A DNA stretch of 64,000 bases from Octopus sinensis (taxonomy: Eukaryota), in contig NC_043002.1 in NCBI RefSeq assembly GCF_006345805.1, positions 21,638,001 to 21,702,000 of the forward strand, in the 5' to 3' direction. A program made the translations under genes and the position numbers. Shown piece by piece: positions 10,811 through 24,562 of the stretch (position 1 is its first letter; every line of letters starts with the position of its first letter). The notes beneath the pieces are model-generated. The model had not been told where the DNA came from. It saw only the letters and a list, made by a program, of their open reading frames with translations, and ran no database searches.

Positions 10811-13509
10811 ACACGCGGTCATATCTGTTTTCCATGCTGGTATGGATTGGAGTGTTTGACAAAAGTTGGCCAGCTGAAGAGCTGCACCAAATTCCATTGT
10901 CTGTTTTTGGCGTGGTTTCTACAGCTCAATGCCCTTCATAATGCCAACCACTTTACAGAGTGTACTGAGTTCTTTTATACAGCATAATCATGGGTGCTTT
11001 TATGTGGCACCAGTACAGATGCTTTTTACACAACACCGGCACCCATGTGCCTGCAAGATTAGGAATGCTCAGCAGAAGAGTGATGCAGGGAACATATCTA
11101 TATGCAAAGGACAATCCCAAATCCACTTACAAGGTTTTGGTTAGCCCAGGACTATAGTATAAGACACTGAGCTAAGGTGCTACACATTGAGACTGAACCC
11201 AAAACTATGTGGTTGTGAAGCAAACTCCTTACCACACAGCCACTCATGATTGTTACACAAGAGTGCTACTTCCATACAAGCAATGTCTTTCATTTCCAAT
11301 CTCCTGTAAAAAAATGTCTGGCATTAGGGAAATATTACCTTGTTGGAAATAGGTGAGGGTTGACAAGAAAGGCTTCCAGGCACGGAAAATCTGCCTTTGT
11401 ATATTCCATCCAACCTATGCAAACAAGGACAGGTGGGTGGGACAATGATAAATATGTGTGTATGTATATTGATTTCAAATTTTGGCACAATGCCATCAAT
11501 TTCAGGAGAGGATGTAAGTCAATTACATCAACTTCAGTGCTCAGCTGGTACTTCTTTATCAACCCCAAGAAGAACAGGAGGTAAAGTCAACCACGGTGGT
11601 ATTTGAACTTGGAATGTTGACAAAATACCGCTGAGCATTTTGCAAGCATGTTAATGATCCTGCCAGCTGATTGCTGTTGTATGGGCATATACTGCGTACT
11701 AGCCTTGAAGCCACCCGTCAGGCAGCATTCAGGCTAGCTCCTGCGGAGAGCATCTTTGAGGTCTTCGGGATTCATTTTCTATGTTCCTTTTTTTATTCGT
11801 TTTATTCTGACAATGAAAATTTGCAACACTTTCACTGAATTATATGTGCTTCCAAACTCACTGTAGTAATTAATTCACTTCATGTTTTTAGACTCAAACT
11901 TTCATTCATACTAAGCAAGTACCTACATGATGGTTACACTTGGTTACAGCTATCTTGCATTGTCAATGTAAGATAATAGTAACACACACATGCATGTGCA
12001 CACACACAAACACACACACACATGCATGTGCACACACACACACACATGTATGACAGGCTTCTTTCAGCTTCCATCAACCAAATAGCTATCATAATTTTCC
12101 CATCACTTCACCATTTCTGAAAAAATATTAAAATGAGATTGAAATAGAATGAATAGGATACATTTCATGTCAATCTCATTCTATCTTCTATTACAAATCT
12201 TTAGTGGGATACTGTAGCCAGAACAGGAACATTAGTTTTCTACCTAGATATAAGTTTCATGAACTACAAAATATAAATATCCACACTACCACACTTGAAA
12301 CATACCTGTTATAACTCTTTATCTCAATTTGAATGTACATGAAAGTATTTAGAATGCCCAAACTTATTTCTACAAATGTGCTAAGCACTGATACTAATCA
12401 TTGTTTAATAAATAAGTGTAGGAGTGAAGTAAATGCAGTAAAACTATTGGGGGTCAGTGGGGCTCCATTTAAGCAGCCCTACAGAAATTGAACCTCCTTA
12501 TCATACTCCCTCAGAGTTCTTGGTAGGAAATTCATTGCCATTGCTCTGATTTAGTCACCAATCCCATGTATTTAGTTTAAATTGCAGTAAAAATGGGGGG
12601 GGGGCTCATTGGGGCCCCAATTAGGCAGCCCTTAAAAAAATAGACCATCTTAGGACATTACCTGGGATTAGGGGAGTTGCTGGTTTCAGTTTCATTGACC
12701 TTGTGCCAATGGTCTTGGAGAAGTTAATGAACATAAAAACGTAGTGGACAGAGAAACATCACTCAAATTTATTTAAAGAAAGAAATGCTCACAGCAATCT
12801 AAAAAAATTATGTGTCCCTGTATGTCTTATACCCTAGAGATGGATAAAAAACCATGCTGATGTAAGTACTGGGGTTGTTATGAACTTGTAAACCCTTGTA
12901 GGTGCTCCAGCATGGCTGCAGTAAGGCCTGAAGTCAGCAAAAGAGTACAACAATAATTCCTTTTCTTTTAATGGTTCCAGCCATTGGATTGTTGCTGTGC
13001 TGGGGCACTGCTTCCAAGGGACTGGTCGATTATACTTTGTTTTTCAAGTCTAGTACTGAATCTATCGATATATTTTTACTGATATGTTAAAGCACAAGGA
13101 CGTAAACAAACCAACACTAGTTGTCAAGCAGAAACAAATGCAAGCATGCACACACAGACACACACAAGTACACACACAGTTTCTGTCTCCCAAATTCAAT
13201 TGGTGGTGAAGTGAATTTCTTAAGTGTACAGGGATGCTGGAGCCTATGCACACACACACAAATGTGTGTGTGTGTGTGCATGTATTCATCTATCATTATC
13301 CCTTCCTCTCTGTGTTGCCTCCAGGGTGGATACAATATTATCGATAATGGCACGAAATTGTGCTTGACACCTTGGCCTATAACCAATGAGTAATTTGTTA
13401 CCTTCTGTGTTTGTTCTCTATTTGTCTGTGCATTCAGTGCATTTAGTATATCTTTCCTTACATCTGTTTATTACTACTTGTGTTTGACTTCTGAAAATAT
13501 ATATCTGAC

Positions 13510-13708
13510 CGCGTGTATACCGTTGGCGATTTTTTCCTCCGTCTTCCCTTCTTTGAATCTTTCCTTTTCCTATGTCTCTGATAAAGAGCTCCGCTTGAAA
13601 CGTTAAACCCTCCTTCTTTCCTTCCTTCCTGAGCGTCCAATATTACTATACTTGTTCCACGTCCTTGCGTTGTGTTTTCTCTTTGTGTTTTCATGTTTGG
13701 ATTAACTA
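13510..13708 (+). mobile_element. Penelope-like terminal repeat, family 2, copy 3
   Basis: Colinear with 3575-3772; runs into a 650-bp TA-rich tract. Confidence 0.6.
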
Positions 13709-13746
13709 TATATATATATTATATATATATATAGATATATAATATA

Positions 13747-13784
<38 letters not shown>

Positions 13785-14375
13785 TATATAGATAGATATA
13801 TATATATATAGATATATATATATATATAGATATAGATAGATATATATATTATATATATATATATATTATATATAGATATATATATATATATATATAGTAT
13901 ATATATAGTATAGATATATATTATATATAGATATATATATATATATATAGATATATTATGATATAGATATATATATATATAGATTATAATATATCTATAG
14001 ATATATATATTATATAGATATAATATATATATGCTTATTATTATAATATATATATATATATATTATATATATATATATATATATAATATATATATATTAT
14101 ATATATATATCTATATATATATTATATATATAGAAGTATATATATAGATATATCTATAAATATATATATACTATATATATATATATATATATAGATATAT
14201 ATATATATATATAGATATATTTATATATATATAGATATATAATATATATATTGATATATATATATATATATAGATATATATATATATATAGATATATATA
14301 TATATATAGATATATATAGAGATATATATAGATATATATATATAAGTATATATAATATATGGAGAGAGAGAGAGA
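13708..14375. repeat. Irregular (TA)n/(TAGA)n low-complexity tract
   Basis: Direct reading. Confidence 0.95.
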
Positions 14376-14390
14376 GAGATATCTATATGT

Positions 14391-14786
14391 GTGGCTGTGT
14401 GGTAAGAAGCTTGCGTCTCAACCACATGGTTACAGGTTATGACCCACTGTGTGGCACCTCGGGCAAGTGTTTTCCACTCTAGCCTCGGGCCGATCAAAGC
14501 CTTGTGAGTGGATTTCATAGATGGAAACTGAAAGAAGTCTGTCATATATACATATATATGTACATGTATATATTTATGTGTCTGTGTTTGTACCCCTGCT
14601 GTTGCTCGACAACTGATGTTGGTGTGTTTATGACTCTGTAACTTAGCAGTTTGGCAAAAGTTACTGATAGACATAAGTACTAGGTTTACAAAAAATAAGT
14701 TTTGGGGTTGATTTCTTCAACTAAAATCCGTTAAGGCGGTGCTCCAGCATGGCTGCAGTCAAATGACTGAAACAAGTAAAAGAATA
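14391..14786 (+). mobile_element. tRNA-derived SINE, family C
   Basis: Colinear with 30564-30978. Confidence 0.8.
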
Positions 14787-16867
14787 TATATGTGTGTGTA
14801 TGTGTGTGTGTGAGTGTATATGTATATATATGTATGTATATATGTATGCATATATATGTGTGAGTGAGTATATATATATGTATATATGCACACACACACA
14901 CATATGTGTATATGTGAGTGTTGTTAGTGGGAGTTACATTCCAGTACTGTCCACCAGAGGACAATAGCTACTTGTGTTGCTCTCATGGAGAATATAGTGA
15001 AAACTATAGTAGCAGGTGGAGGAAGAGAAGGAGGAGATAGTATATGAGGATAAAGCTGAATGATGTTGACCTTCAGAAGCTACTCAGGATGAAATGACAT
15101 GGTTTAAGAGATGAACACAGAAGTGTGATGGCATTGCTGGTGATTGGAAGTGGTTGGTGATGGTGGTGGCAGTGAAGGTAGTGATGGCGAGATATAGTGG
15201 TGGGGGTGGTATAGGTACTGGTTTTTGTGGTAAATGGTCGGTGTGATGGTGGTGTTGGAAGTGGTAAAGCCCACCATGGTGATTATAACAGTGGAAGTGA
15301 TGATAATGCTGCTGCCAGTGGTGGGGGTGGTGATAATATTGATTGTAGTTGTGATAATGTTCGTGGTTGTGGTGGAGGCGAAGATAATGCTAATTGTTGT
15401 GGAGGAGGCGAAGTGAAAGGAGGTGAGGGTGATAGTTGTGGTGGTGGTGGTGGTGGCAGCGGCAGTGGAGGTGGTGGTGAAAGTGGTGATAGTGGTTGTG
15501 GAGATGGTGGTAATTATGTTGTGGTAGTGGAGGTGGTGGTGATGGTGGTGGTGAGAGTGATGGAGAAGGTGAAGGAAGTGATAGTGGTTATGATAGTGAT
15601 GGTGGAATTACAGTAGTCAGTATGCTGTTTTGGTTCTGGTGGGGTGGGGAATAATAATAAAATTGATGGTGATGATGTTGTTTGGTCCTAGGTCAGTCCT
15701 GATTCAGTAGAGCTTACAATCAAATCCTTCTAGCTGTGACCACCCCATCTTATTTTCTGACAAAATCCAAAGTCTATTATTCAAATTATGCCCTTCTGTT
15801 TTCATAATAGAAGGATGTGGTTTACAAGGAAATTGACTGCTTTTTCCAGCAAGTCAAGCATCCATTTAAAGGGTCCCTCATTAGCTGGAGTGTCTTGGTA
15901 GTGGTGTAGAAGTGGTAATAGTTTTGATGGTATTGGTGGAGATGTAATAGGAATGTTTTTGGAGTGATTGTGTTGGTTACAGTGTAGATAGTGCTGGTAG
16001 CCATATTTGGTGATGGTGGTGGTAATGGAACTGGTGGTGGTGGTTGTGATGATAATGATGATAGTGATGGAGTTAAAGCAACACAAACTTCCCAATAAAA
16101 AAGAAATGTTTTTTCCCTTGTGTTTTCTTTCTTTCCTTCTTGACCTTCTCACTGTTTATCAACTGTGGTGGACAAAAGGGATACTTGAAAGGTTCTTGTT
16201 GTTTAGCTCCAGGCCAATAGCTCCTCTGGACAGATCTGAGATCAAAGATGCCCCAACACTGAACATCCTGTCTTTTTTCATTTAATCAAGAGTAGAGTTG
16301 TCATTTAAAGATCTGATTTCCTCTTTGATAGAAGGCCATATCAGTCTGCCTGTCTTTTGTCTGTATGCCTACCTACTTACGTACCTATCTATCTACCTAC
16401 CTGGCTGTCTGTCTGTCTATCTATCTACTTAGAGAAGAGAGAGAGAGATATGCACCATTAGGCTTGATAGAAATTTTATCTTTTAGTTGTTTCAGTCATT
16501 AGACTCTGGCCATGCTGGAGCCCTGCCATGAAGAATTTTTAGTTGAATCAACCCAGTACTCAATCTTTTAAAGACTGTTACTTATTCTATTGGGTTTTTT
16601 TTTGCCGAACCACTAGATTATGGGGACATAAACACACCAACACAGGTTGTCAAACAGTATTGAGGGACAAACAGAGACACAATGATACACAAATAAATAA
16701 TTTTTTTTTTTTTAGCTTCTGTCTACCAATACTATTCACAATGCTTTGATTGGCCCAATGTTATATTAGAGAACATTTGCCCATAGTGCCATGCAGTGGG
16801 ACTGAATCTGGAATCATTCAGCTTGTATCCAAGCATTGGGTTTGTCTGTTTTTATCCAGTCCCCTCA

Positions 16868-17170
16868 GCAGATGTTTGTGCCGAATGTGACTTTGGAGTC
16901 CAAGTTGGTGGTGAAAGAGTCATAGGTAGAATCTGCACAGGGTGGTCAGTGTGGGTGAAGGATGTGAAGACACTTTTTTCTTCTCTTGTGTTTTACCTCC
17001 TCATTCTGTTGTCTGTTCTGCTCGAAGGAGCTGGTTCTATTGCTGCCCTATCCATGTAGTCCTGTAGGCTGTCCTATCCATTGCAATCTGTTCCCATGAG
17101 GATGGCTGGATGTTAGTTTGAGCCAGAGTCCGTTTGAGCTGGTCTTTAAAACAGAATTATGGGCCTTCCC
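16868..17170 (-). mobile_element. RTE-clade LINE C-terminal fragment with a decayed zinc finger
   Basis: Reverse complement reads GRP....KDQLKRTLAQTNIQPSSWEQIAMDRTAYR and ..GLQSHIRHKH. Confidence 0.7.
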
Positions 17171-17344
17171 TGTATCTTGTCCCGATTGCAAGTTCTCCAT
17201 ATGTCTAACTTAATTAACTTTAGATATGTTTCAACCAAAGATTTGCCCAGGCCATGTCTAACTTAATATCATCACCTGATAGGATTTGCTAAATCCTTTT
17301 TAAGTCAGGTTTTGTGGTATCCTGACCTATTCAAGTTGGAAATT

Positions 17345-17600
17345 CTTGTTGAGTAAGTTGTATCCAGGTGTAGGTGGCTTATCTGGTGTCCCTTGAAGAA
17401 ATTTGTCCAGATTCCTTTTACAGGTGATGGGATCTTTTCCTCTTTGATATGTTTTGGGACAATGTTAAATAGAGCAGGGCCTGTTGGGGGAAAAAAATTG
17501 TGTTGCAGTGTATTTATGTGTTGTGATCCTGAATTGTTTAGGGGACGTATCGTATGTGGTCCTAGCGTTGGATGAATTCTGAAACTAATGTTAAGGTCAT
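17345..17600 (-). mobile_element. L2/CR1-group (Crack-like) LINE C-terminal fragment
   Basis: Reverse complement contains FFSPTGPALFNIVPKHIKEEK and a frameshifted LDKFLQGTPDKPPTPGY, like the recalled SFxxxGPxLFNxLP..LDKFL..PDxP.xPGY motif. Confidence 0.6.
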
Positions 17601-17956
17601 TTGGGCAGTGCTAGTAGTTATATATATATGATGATGATGAGATATATATATATATATATATAAATGGCTGTGTGGTAAGAAGCTTGCTTCCTAACTACAT
17701 GGTTTCGGGTTCAGTCCCACTGCATAGCACCTTGGGCAAGTGTCTCCTACTATAGCCTCGGGCTAACCAAAATCTTGAGTGGATTTGGTAGACAGAAACT
17801 GAAAGAATCATATCATATCATATCATCATCATCATCATCATTTAACATCCGTTTTCCATGCTTGTCTGTATGTCTATCTACCTATCTACCTGGGTTGGAC
17901 GGTTTGACCGGGGTCTGGGAAGCCAGGAGGCTGCACCAGGCTCCAGACTGATATCA

Positions 17957-18008
<52 letters not shown>

Positions 18009-18247
18009 CATATGTATGTATGTATTTGTGTCTGTGTTTGTCTCCCCACCATCACTTGACAACCAATGTTGGTGTGTTTATGTCCCTGTAACTTAGTGAT
18101 TCAGTAAAAGAGAATGGTTTACAAAGAATAAGTGCTGGGGTCGATTTGTTTAACTACAGGTGGTGCTCCAACATGGCTTCAGTCAGATGACTGAAACAAG
18201 TAAAAGAATATATGCTAGCATGGAAAGCGGATGTTAAACGATGATGA

Positions 18248-18282
<35 letters not shown>

Positions 18283-18370
18283 TGATATCAGGGTAATAAA
18301 GATTTTAGAAATTTTTACTACCAGTGGCCTAGCGTATAGAAAAATTAGTCAATAGGCTATACATTATTCA

Positions 18371-18539
18371 TATAAAATACAGAGTACATTTAAACACATT
18401 GAGAGGTTTCCATCATAGAAATCCCTTACGCTAGAAAGAACAGCTAAAGTCCAAAAGTTTGGACTTTAGCTGTTCTTTCTAGCGTAAGGGATTCCAAGAT
18501 GGAAACCTGAATGTGGTTAAATGTACACTGTATCTTTTA

Positions 18540-18542
<3 letters not shown>
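18371..18542. repeat. Hairpin with a 36-bp perfect core and ~85-bp imperfect arms
   Basis: 18420-18455 is the exact reverse complement of 18458-18493; outer arms are degenerate; lies between (TA)n tracts. Confidence 0.9.
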
Positions 18543-18593
<51 letters not shown>

Positions 18594-19310
18594 ATCTTTT
18601 ATTTTTCACTTGTCTGAGTCACTGGACTTCAGCTATGCTGGGGCACCCCCTTCAAGAGTTTAGCTGAACAAATTGACCCAGTTCATTCCATTTTTTTAAA
18701 GCCTGGGACTTATTCTGTCTGTTTCCTTTGTTGAAATTCTGTTACAGAGATGTAAACAAGCCATCACCTGTTGTCAAGCTGTAGTGAGGGACACAACACA
18801 CACACATGCACACACACACACACACACATGCATGCTCACACACGTGCACACACACACACATGCTTGCATGCACACACATGCTTGCATGCACACACATGCT
18901 TGCATGCACACACACACACATCTATGTGATAGGATTCTACACCATTTTTGTTTACCAAATTTGCTCATTGACAAAGCATTGATCAATCCAGGGTAATTGT
19001 GGAATACCTGCTCAAGGTGCTGTACAGTAGGACTGAACTCAAAACCACATGTTTGAGAAACAAGTTTCTTAACCACACAGCCACATCTGCACTTACTAAT
19101 GAATAAGTTTTCTAAGCCATTGAACTCCGGAATTGAAACCAGTCTGTATTGGTGGCAGTAGTTAGTTTATAGGGAATAGTGATTACAAGACGTAGGCAGA
19201 GAGAACAATCATTTCTTGAGAAGAGAGAGGTAGTGTGAGGTTAGGAAGGATAAAGATGAATTTGGGGTTATGATGATGATGATGGAGTGGGAGGAGAAAT
19301 TGGTTCAGTG

Positions 19311-19346
<36 letters not shown>

Positions 19347-19612
19347 AACTAATACTACTACTACTGCTACTACCACCACCACAATTGCCAATGCTGCTTC
19401 CACTGCTGCCACCACTACCACTACTACTACTACCGAAATTGTTCTCCATCAGGAAATGTGTATGTGTGTGTGTGTCTGTGGCTGTGTGTATGCGAGGCTT
19501 AGTTGTTCCATGGACCTGATTATCAGGATGGAATTAACCAAATTGAGTCACCAGTTGATATGTTATACAAAGTATTGAGGATTATTGATAAATATATGGA
19601 CACACACGCGCT

Positions 19613-19655
<43 letters not shown>

Positions 19656-20178
19656 TTAATATATATGTTGCTTAAAGAACAGGAAAGAGGGGCCAGGGTT
19701 GGGGGCTAATACAAGTTCTAAAAACATGGCCAAACATGAATCGAGTTATAAATATATTATCTTTTGTTGTTGTAGTTTTTATTGGTTTTATACTTTGAGC
19801 TGAGGCTTGGCTTTGGCTTTGCTGAGACATGATCTTCCTCAAGAGAGTGTAGTTGGATATATCGACCCCCAGGTACTTTGGTGCTTATATTATCAATCTT
19901 GTATTGGGAATATGACTAAGTAAGTCATGGCATCAAGGGACTTATTTCAGACATATTGCAGAAATCTGATATAGCCACTCAAAATTTCACTACCCTTAAC
20001 TGCAGAAAGCAGTTTTATATACCAGTTTATCTTTTGTTGAAGAATGCGATGCCTGAAACTATTTTCTGTTGAGATATATAAAGTGTGTAGAGTGTGGTTG
20101 TTTCACCACAGGCACCACACCACAAAAATTCCATCTATTACAATAGCAGAGAAAATTGATCTGCCAAAAGCTTCGTGA

Positions 20179-20481
20179 GACTTATGCTTTTGCCAAAAAA
20201 TCAAATCCCATTCAAAAGGAACAAGATTTCCAGACACTGAGGAAATCCAAGGAAATATAGTGAAGCAGCTGCTCCCTATCTCCAAAATAGAATTCCAGAA
20301 ATGCCTACTCCCTATTCCCAAAATAGAGTTCCAGGAATACCTGCTTCCTATCTCCAAAATAGAGTTCCAGAAATGCCTACTCCCTATTCCCAAAATAGAG
20401 TTCCAGGAATACCTGCTTCCTATCCTCAAAATAGAGATCCAGGAATGCTTCAATCAATGGAAACAATACTGGACAAAGTGA
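20179..20481 (+). pseudogene. Mariner transposase C-terminal remnant with an internal in-frame 36-bp x5 tandem repeat
   Basis: Open frame DLCFCQKIKSHSKGTRFPDTEEIQGNIVKQ-(LLPISKIEFQKC-type x5)-FNQWKQYWTK*, matching the mariner pattern DFxLFPKLKxxLKGxRFxxxEEIQ..IPKxEFQxCFxQWKxRWxKC. Confidence 0.8.
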
Positions 20482-23400
20482 GCTTAACTGCATGCTGAGA
20501 GGGAATGACTAGGGACCAGGAGTTGTGGCAATCTACTTCATTTGAGAAAATGTATCAAGCTAAGTAAAACCACAGTCATCCATACATACAGGCTTGTCCT
20601 TTACAGGTGCCAGTGCCACGTGAAATGCACTTGTGCTGGTGCTGTGTAAATGCCCCTGTGCCTGTGGCACATAAGAAGCACCCACCGTATTCTGTAAAGT
20701 GGTTGGTGTTAGAAAGGGTATCCAGCACTAGAAATCATGCCACAACAGACAGTTGGAGCCTGGACAGCTCCTGTCAAACAGTCCAACCCATGCCAGCATG
20801 GATAACAGATGTTTAAAAGGATGGAGATGATACGTATAGCTTTCTTTTTGTAACCCCTTTTGATCAGTCCTTGCATGTGTTTCCTTGTCTTGACATTTGA
20901 TAGTTGTAAATGAGTGTCACTGTCATACAAGCAGTGTCGTTCATTTCCGATATTTTTGTGGAAACATATCTGGCTATGGGGAAACACATTACCTTGCTTG
21001 GAAACAGGTGAAGGTTGGCGACAGGAAGGGCATCCTACTATAAACAATTTGCCTCAGTAAACTCTATCTGGGCCATGCGAGCATGGAAAAGTGGACCTGA
21101 AATTGATGATGATGTTGTTGATGATGATGCAAGTAAATCAACAGGAACAAAAGTCAGTGGCACCTACTACCTTTTGGTGGTTACATGTTTTGAATGGTGT
21201 GCTGACCGTTTGAGTGGTTGGTTCAAGAAAAAATGGATAATGGTACCAGTGTATCCACTATAATCATGAAATTGGTAAATCAGTGAACCAAGCATCAGTT
21301 CCCCCATTTAGCCAATTAGTTTCATCCTTACCTTAGCTTTAACTCACAATTATTGAACCTAAAGAAGACAATCGGATGGTGAGAATGATAGTTGTGTAGG
21401 TGGGGGGAAATCACCACCACCAGCACCACCACAACCACTGTGACCACTACTGTCACTATCAGGAGGTAGTAATGATTATGATGATTGTGAGAGTGGAAGT
21501 GGTTATGGTGTTGATGGAGGCAGTGGTGATGGAGGTAGTGGTGGTGGTGGTTGTGGTAGTGATTGTAGTATGAAAGGGGTGGTGGTGGTGACTATAGAGA
21601 TAATGTTTGTGTAGGTGGTAGTAATAGTTTTGATAGTTGTGGTGGTGTCAGAGGTGTTGTGGCAGTAGTAGTGGTAATGGTGATGGCAGTGTTGTGATAA
21701 TGGTGATAGAAATGGTAACAGTAGAGCTGGTGGTGGTGGTGATGATAGCCAGGCTGTTGGTGCTGGTGGGGGTCGATAAAAGTGGCAATGGCAGTGATGA
21801 TCCAAATAAGCTCCTCTATTCTTTCCACAGGCTTCAATTATTGACCACCTACAAAATTGCTTTGAAGGGCCACTTCAAAAGCTAAGTGCTCCCCTTTTTC
21901 AATATAATAGCTTGCTTCCATTTTCTCTTTTTGTTTTCATTACCCTTTTTCTCCCTTTAAATAACCTATATCATAAGGCCATTACTTTTACAGTTACCAC
22001 ATTTCTTTGTAACAGCAATATCAGTTATTGGATAAATACAAGTTTTGCCACTTTTCTTTCTTCTTTCTTCAGTCTTACATCATCTTCCTCCCCTTTGCCC
22101 TCCTCTGTTTTCTAACTTCATTGTTCTGTTTTATTTGTTTTCCATCTTTTCTTTTCTTTTCTATCATTTGTTTTGTCTCCTCTGCCTTTTATCTGCCTCC
22201 TCACTGCTATCATCATCATCATTAGGAGATGGAATGGAAGACTAAATACTTTAAAATACTGAGTTACCAGCTTTTACTTACCGTGTGATTTTAGATCTCA
22301 CCATAGTTAATTTGGATGTTTGGAAATTGTAATTGTGATACCTGTGCCGGTGGCACGCAAAAAGCACCATCCAAATGTGGCCGGTGCCAGTGCCACCTTG
22401 ACTGGCTTCCGTGCCAGTGGCATGTAAAAAGCACCAACCGATTGTGGCCATTGCCAGCCTCCTCTGGCCCCTGTGCTGGTGGCACGTAGAAAGCACCCAC
22501 TACACTCACGGAGTGGTTGGTGTTAGGAAGGGCATCCTGCTGTAGAAACACTGCCAGATCAGACTGGAGTCTAGTGCAGCCTCCTGGCTTCCCAGACCCC
22601 GCTCGAACCATCCAACCCATGGTAGCATGGAAAACGAACGTTAAACAATGATGATGATTCCAGGATTGTTCTAGTTTCTTTTTTAATCTCAGGTCAGCCC
22701 CAACTTTTTTTTTTTTTCTGTTGGGCCTTGTATATCTAAAACTACATCATCTAACATGTCTCCCCCTCCTCAAGGGTCTGATTTGTAGCTGAGTAGCTAC
22801 ATAGCTTTTTAACTGTTTCAAGCAAGTTTCTACTCCACCAAATACACCCGTGTTTCTGAGATGTCTGGTGTATAGAATTGTGTTCATATATTATCTTAGT
22901 GTAGCTTTGTTGTGGTATCATTTTAATGTTTTGTTTGTCTGTTGTGTAGCTTAAATATTGTTAGAATTGTGCTGTGCTGAATGGTGTTTGAGTGTGGCCT
23001 ATGTTTTGTTGTGTGATGCATTTTCATTTGTTGGTTGTATAGATTTTGTGCTACGTTGTGTTAGATTATGGAATGGTATCTGCGTAGAATATGTGGTGTG
23101 TGAGTTACTAGTGATGTGCTGTAGTATAAGGTGTCGATTAAGTGGAAGTGTGTCCTATGTTATTGTACTGTTTGGTGATGATGTAGAGTGAGGTATTGCG
23201 TGTGGATTGTATTATACTATTAAGTGATGATAGTATAGGTTATATGTTGTGTGAATTGTTGTTTTATTAACACATGATTGTATAGAGTTCTGGTAACTTG
23301 ACTGTGGCTCCTGGGCTGGATGCAGTTTTCGAGGCTACCATCTGCAGCTCCAAAATAATATTGAGTTCCAGTGCTACTTTTCCTAAAATGCTTACTCTAG

Positions 23401-23888
23401 GGATGCAGGAATGTAGGAACCTTAGAAACATGGATGTTGCTAAATATATATATATATACATCATTTTTTGCGGGGCCATGTATGTAAAAATGGAATATAT
23501 GTCTCTCTTCTGATTATATAGTTTGGCTACCCTTGGTATTGGGTATTTGTTGTTGTTACTTTTGTTCAGAGAATGTATTGTATGAGATGTGCTTGTGAAT
23601 TAAATGTGTTTTATATAGAGGTGGGCTGTCAAGCTGGACTAATTTGGGGAACTCAATGTAGAATTGTGTGGTACAGGTTTTAAATTTTTGTTCATATTCT
23701 TCTACATCATATCTTTTACTCCATTTATTATTTGTATTATTTTCAATTTTATACCCCCACATTCTTCTTGTATCAATTTCAAAATCCTTAGGGATCAAGA
23801 TATCTGCTGGAGTACAAACATTATTGTTCCAATCCTTGATAATTATTTATTGTCAGTTTTCCTTCATCCCCTTCTCAGTTTGGCTTAG

Positions 23889-24425
23889 CAAACTAGATGC
23901 TAAAGTTGCAGGTGCTGATACAAAAATATGCCAGCTTTTAGCAGTTTATCCCCAGAAGAGGAGAGATTGGTAAAAATGCCAAACTTGTTATCTTCAGTCT
24001 GGTTTTTGTGCCTGTGGTCATGAATGTTGGGTAATGATCAAAAGTGTATGATCATGAATACAAGCTACCAAAATGGAGTTCCTCAAAAGGATCTCTAGAG
24101 TAACATTACTTCACAGAATAGATAGCTAAGAGATCAGGGAGTCTCTCTAGGTCAAGTTGCTACTTCTCTGCATTGGGAGTCACTGTTCTTGTACTGTAGA
24201 CATATGGATAGAATGTTGCAGGAAAGTGTCATGAGAGAAATTCTTCAAGCTGAGTCAACTGAATGGAGACCTTTGGCTAAACTATAAGCATAATATTTGG
24301 ATAACATCCATCGTCTCTGTTGGTCATACTTGAGGAATCCTACACGTAAATTTAATGATAGTTGCTTCTGATAAGACCCTATGGGGAAGGTGCTTGAGGA
24401 TGCTACCCTCGCAACCCACCCTGGA
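23889..24425 (+). mobile_element. RTE-clade LINE 3' fragment (Rex3/Expander-like)
   Basis: Decayed GHECWVMIK, IQATKMEFLKRISRVTL..EIRESL*VKLLLLCI and CLRMLPSQP parallel the recalled Rex3 C-terminus (GHELWVMTER..IQAAEMSFLRRVAG..LLPPRP). Confidence 0.75.
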
Positions 24426-24528
24426 ATAGTGGGTAGCAGAAATGGGTGGATGCATGGATAGATGGATGTCCCAAATGATTATGGCCTGATCATTGCTATA
24501 CATCATGTTTGGCATAGACACACACGCA

Positions 24529-24562
<34 letters not shown>

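Noticed and set aside
12420-12780. ~150-bp tandem duplication resembling a Helentron-type insert
   Set aside because: Ends and hallmarks could not be defined.
15227-15616. Gly-rich ORF resembling a structural protein
   Set aside because: GGT/GAT low-complexity tract, one of several in the window.
22740-23880. ORF-like minus-strand stretch (e.g. 23556-23798)
   Set aside because: Probably old retroelement debris, but I could not recognise a diagnostic motif.
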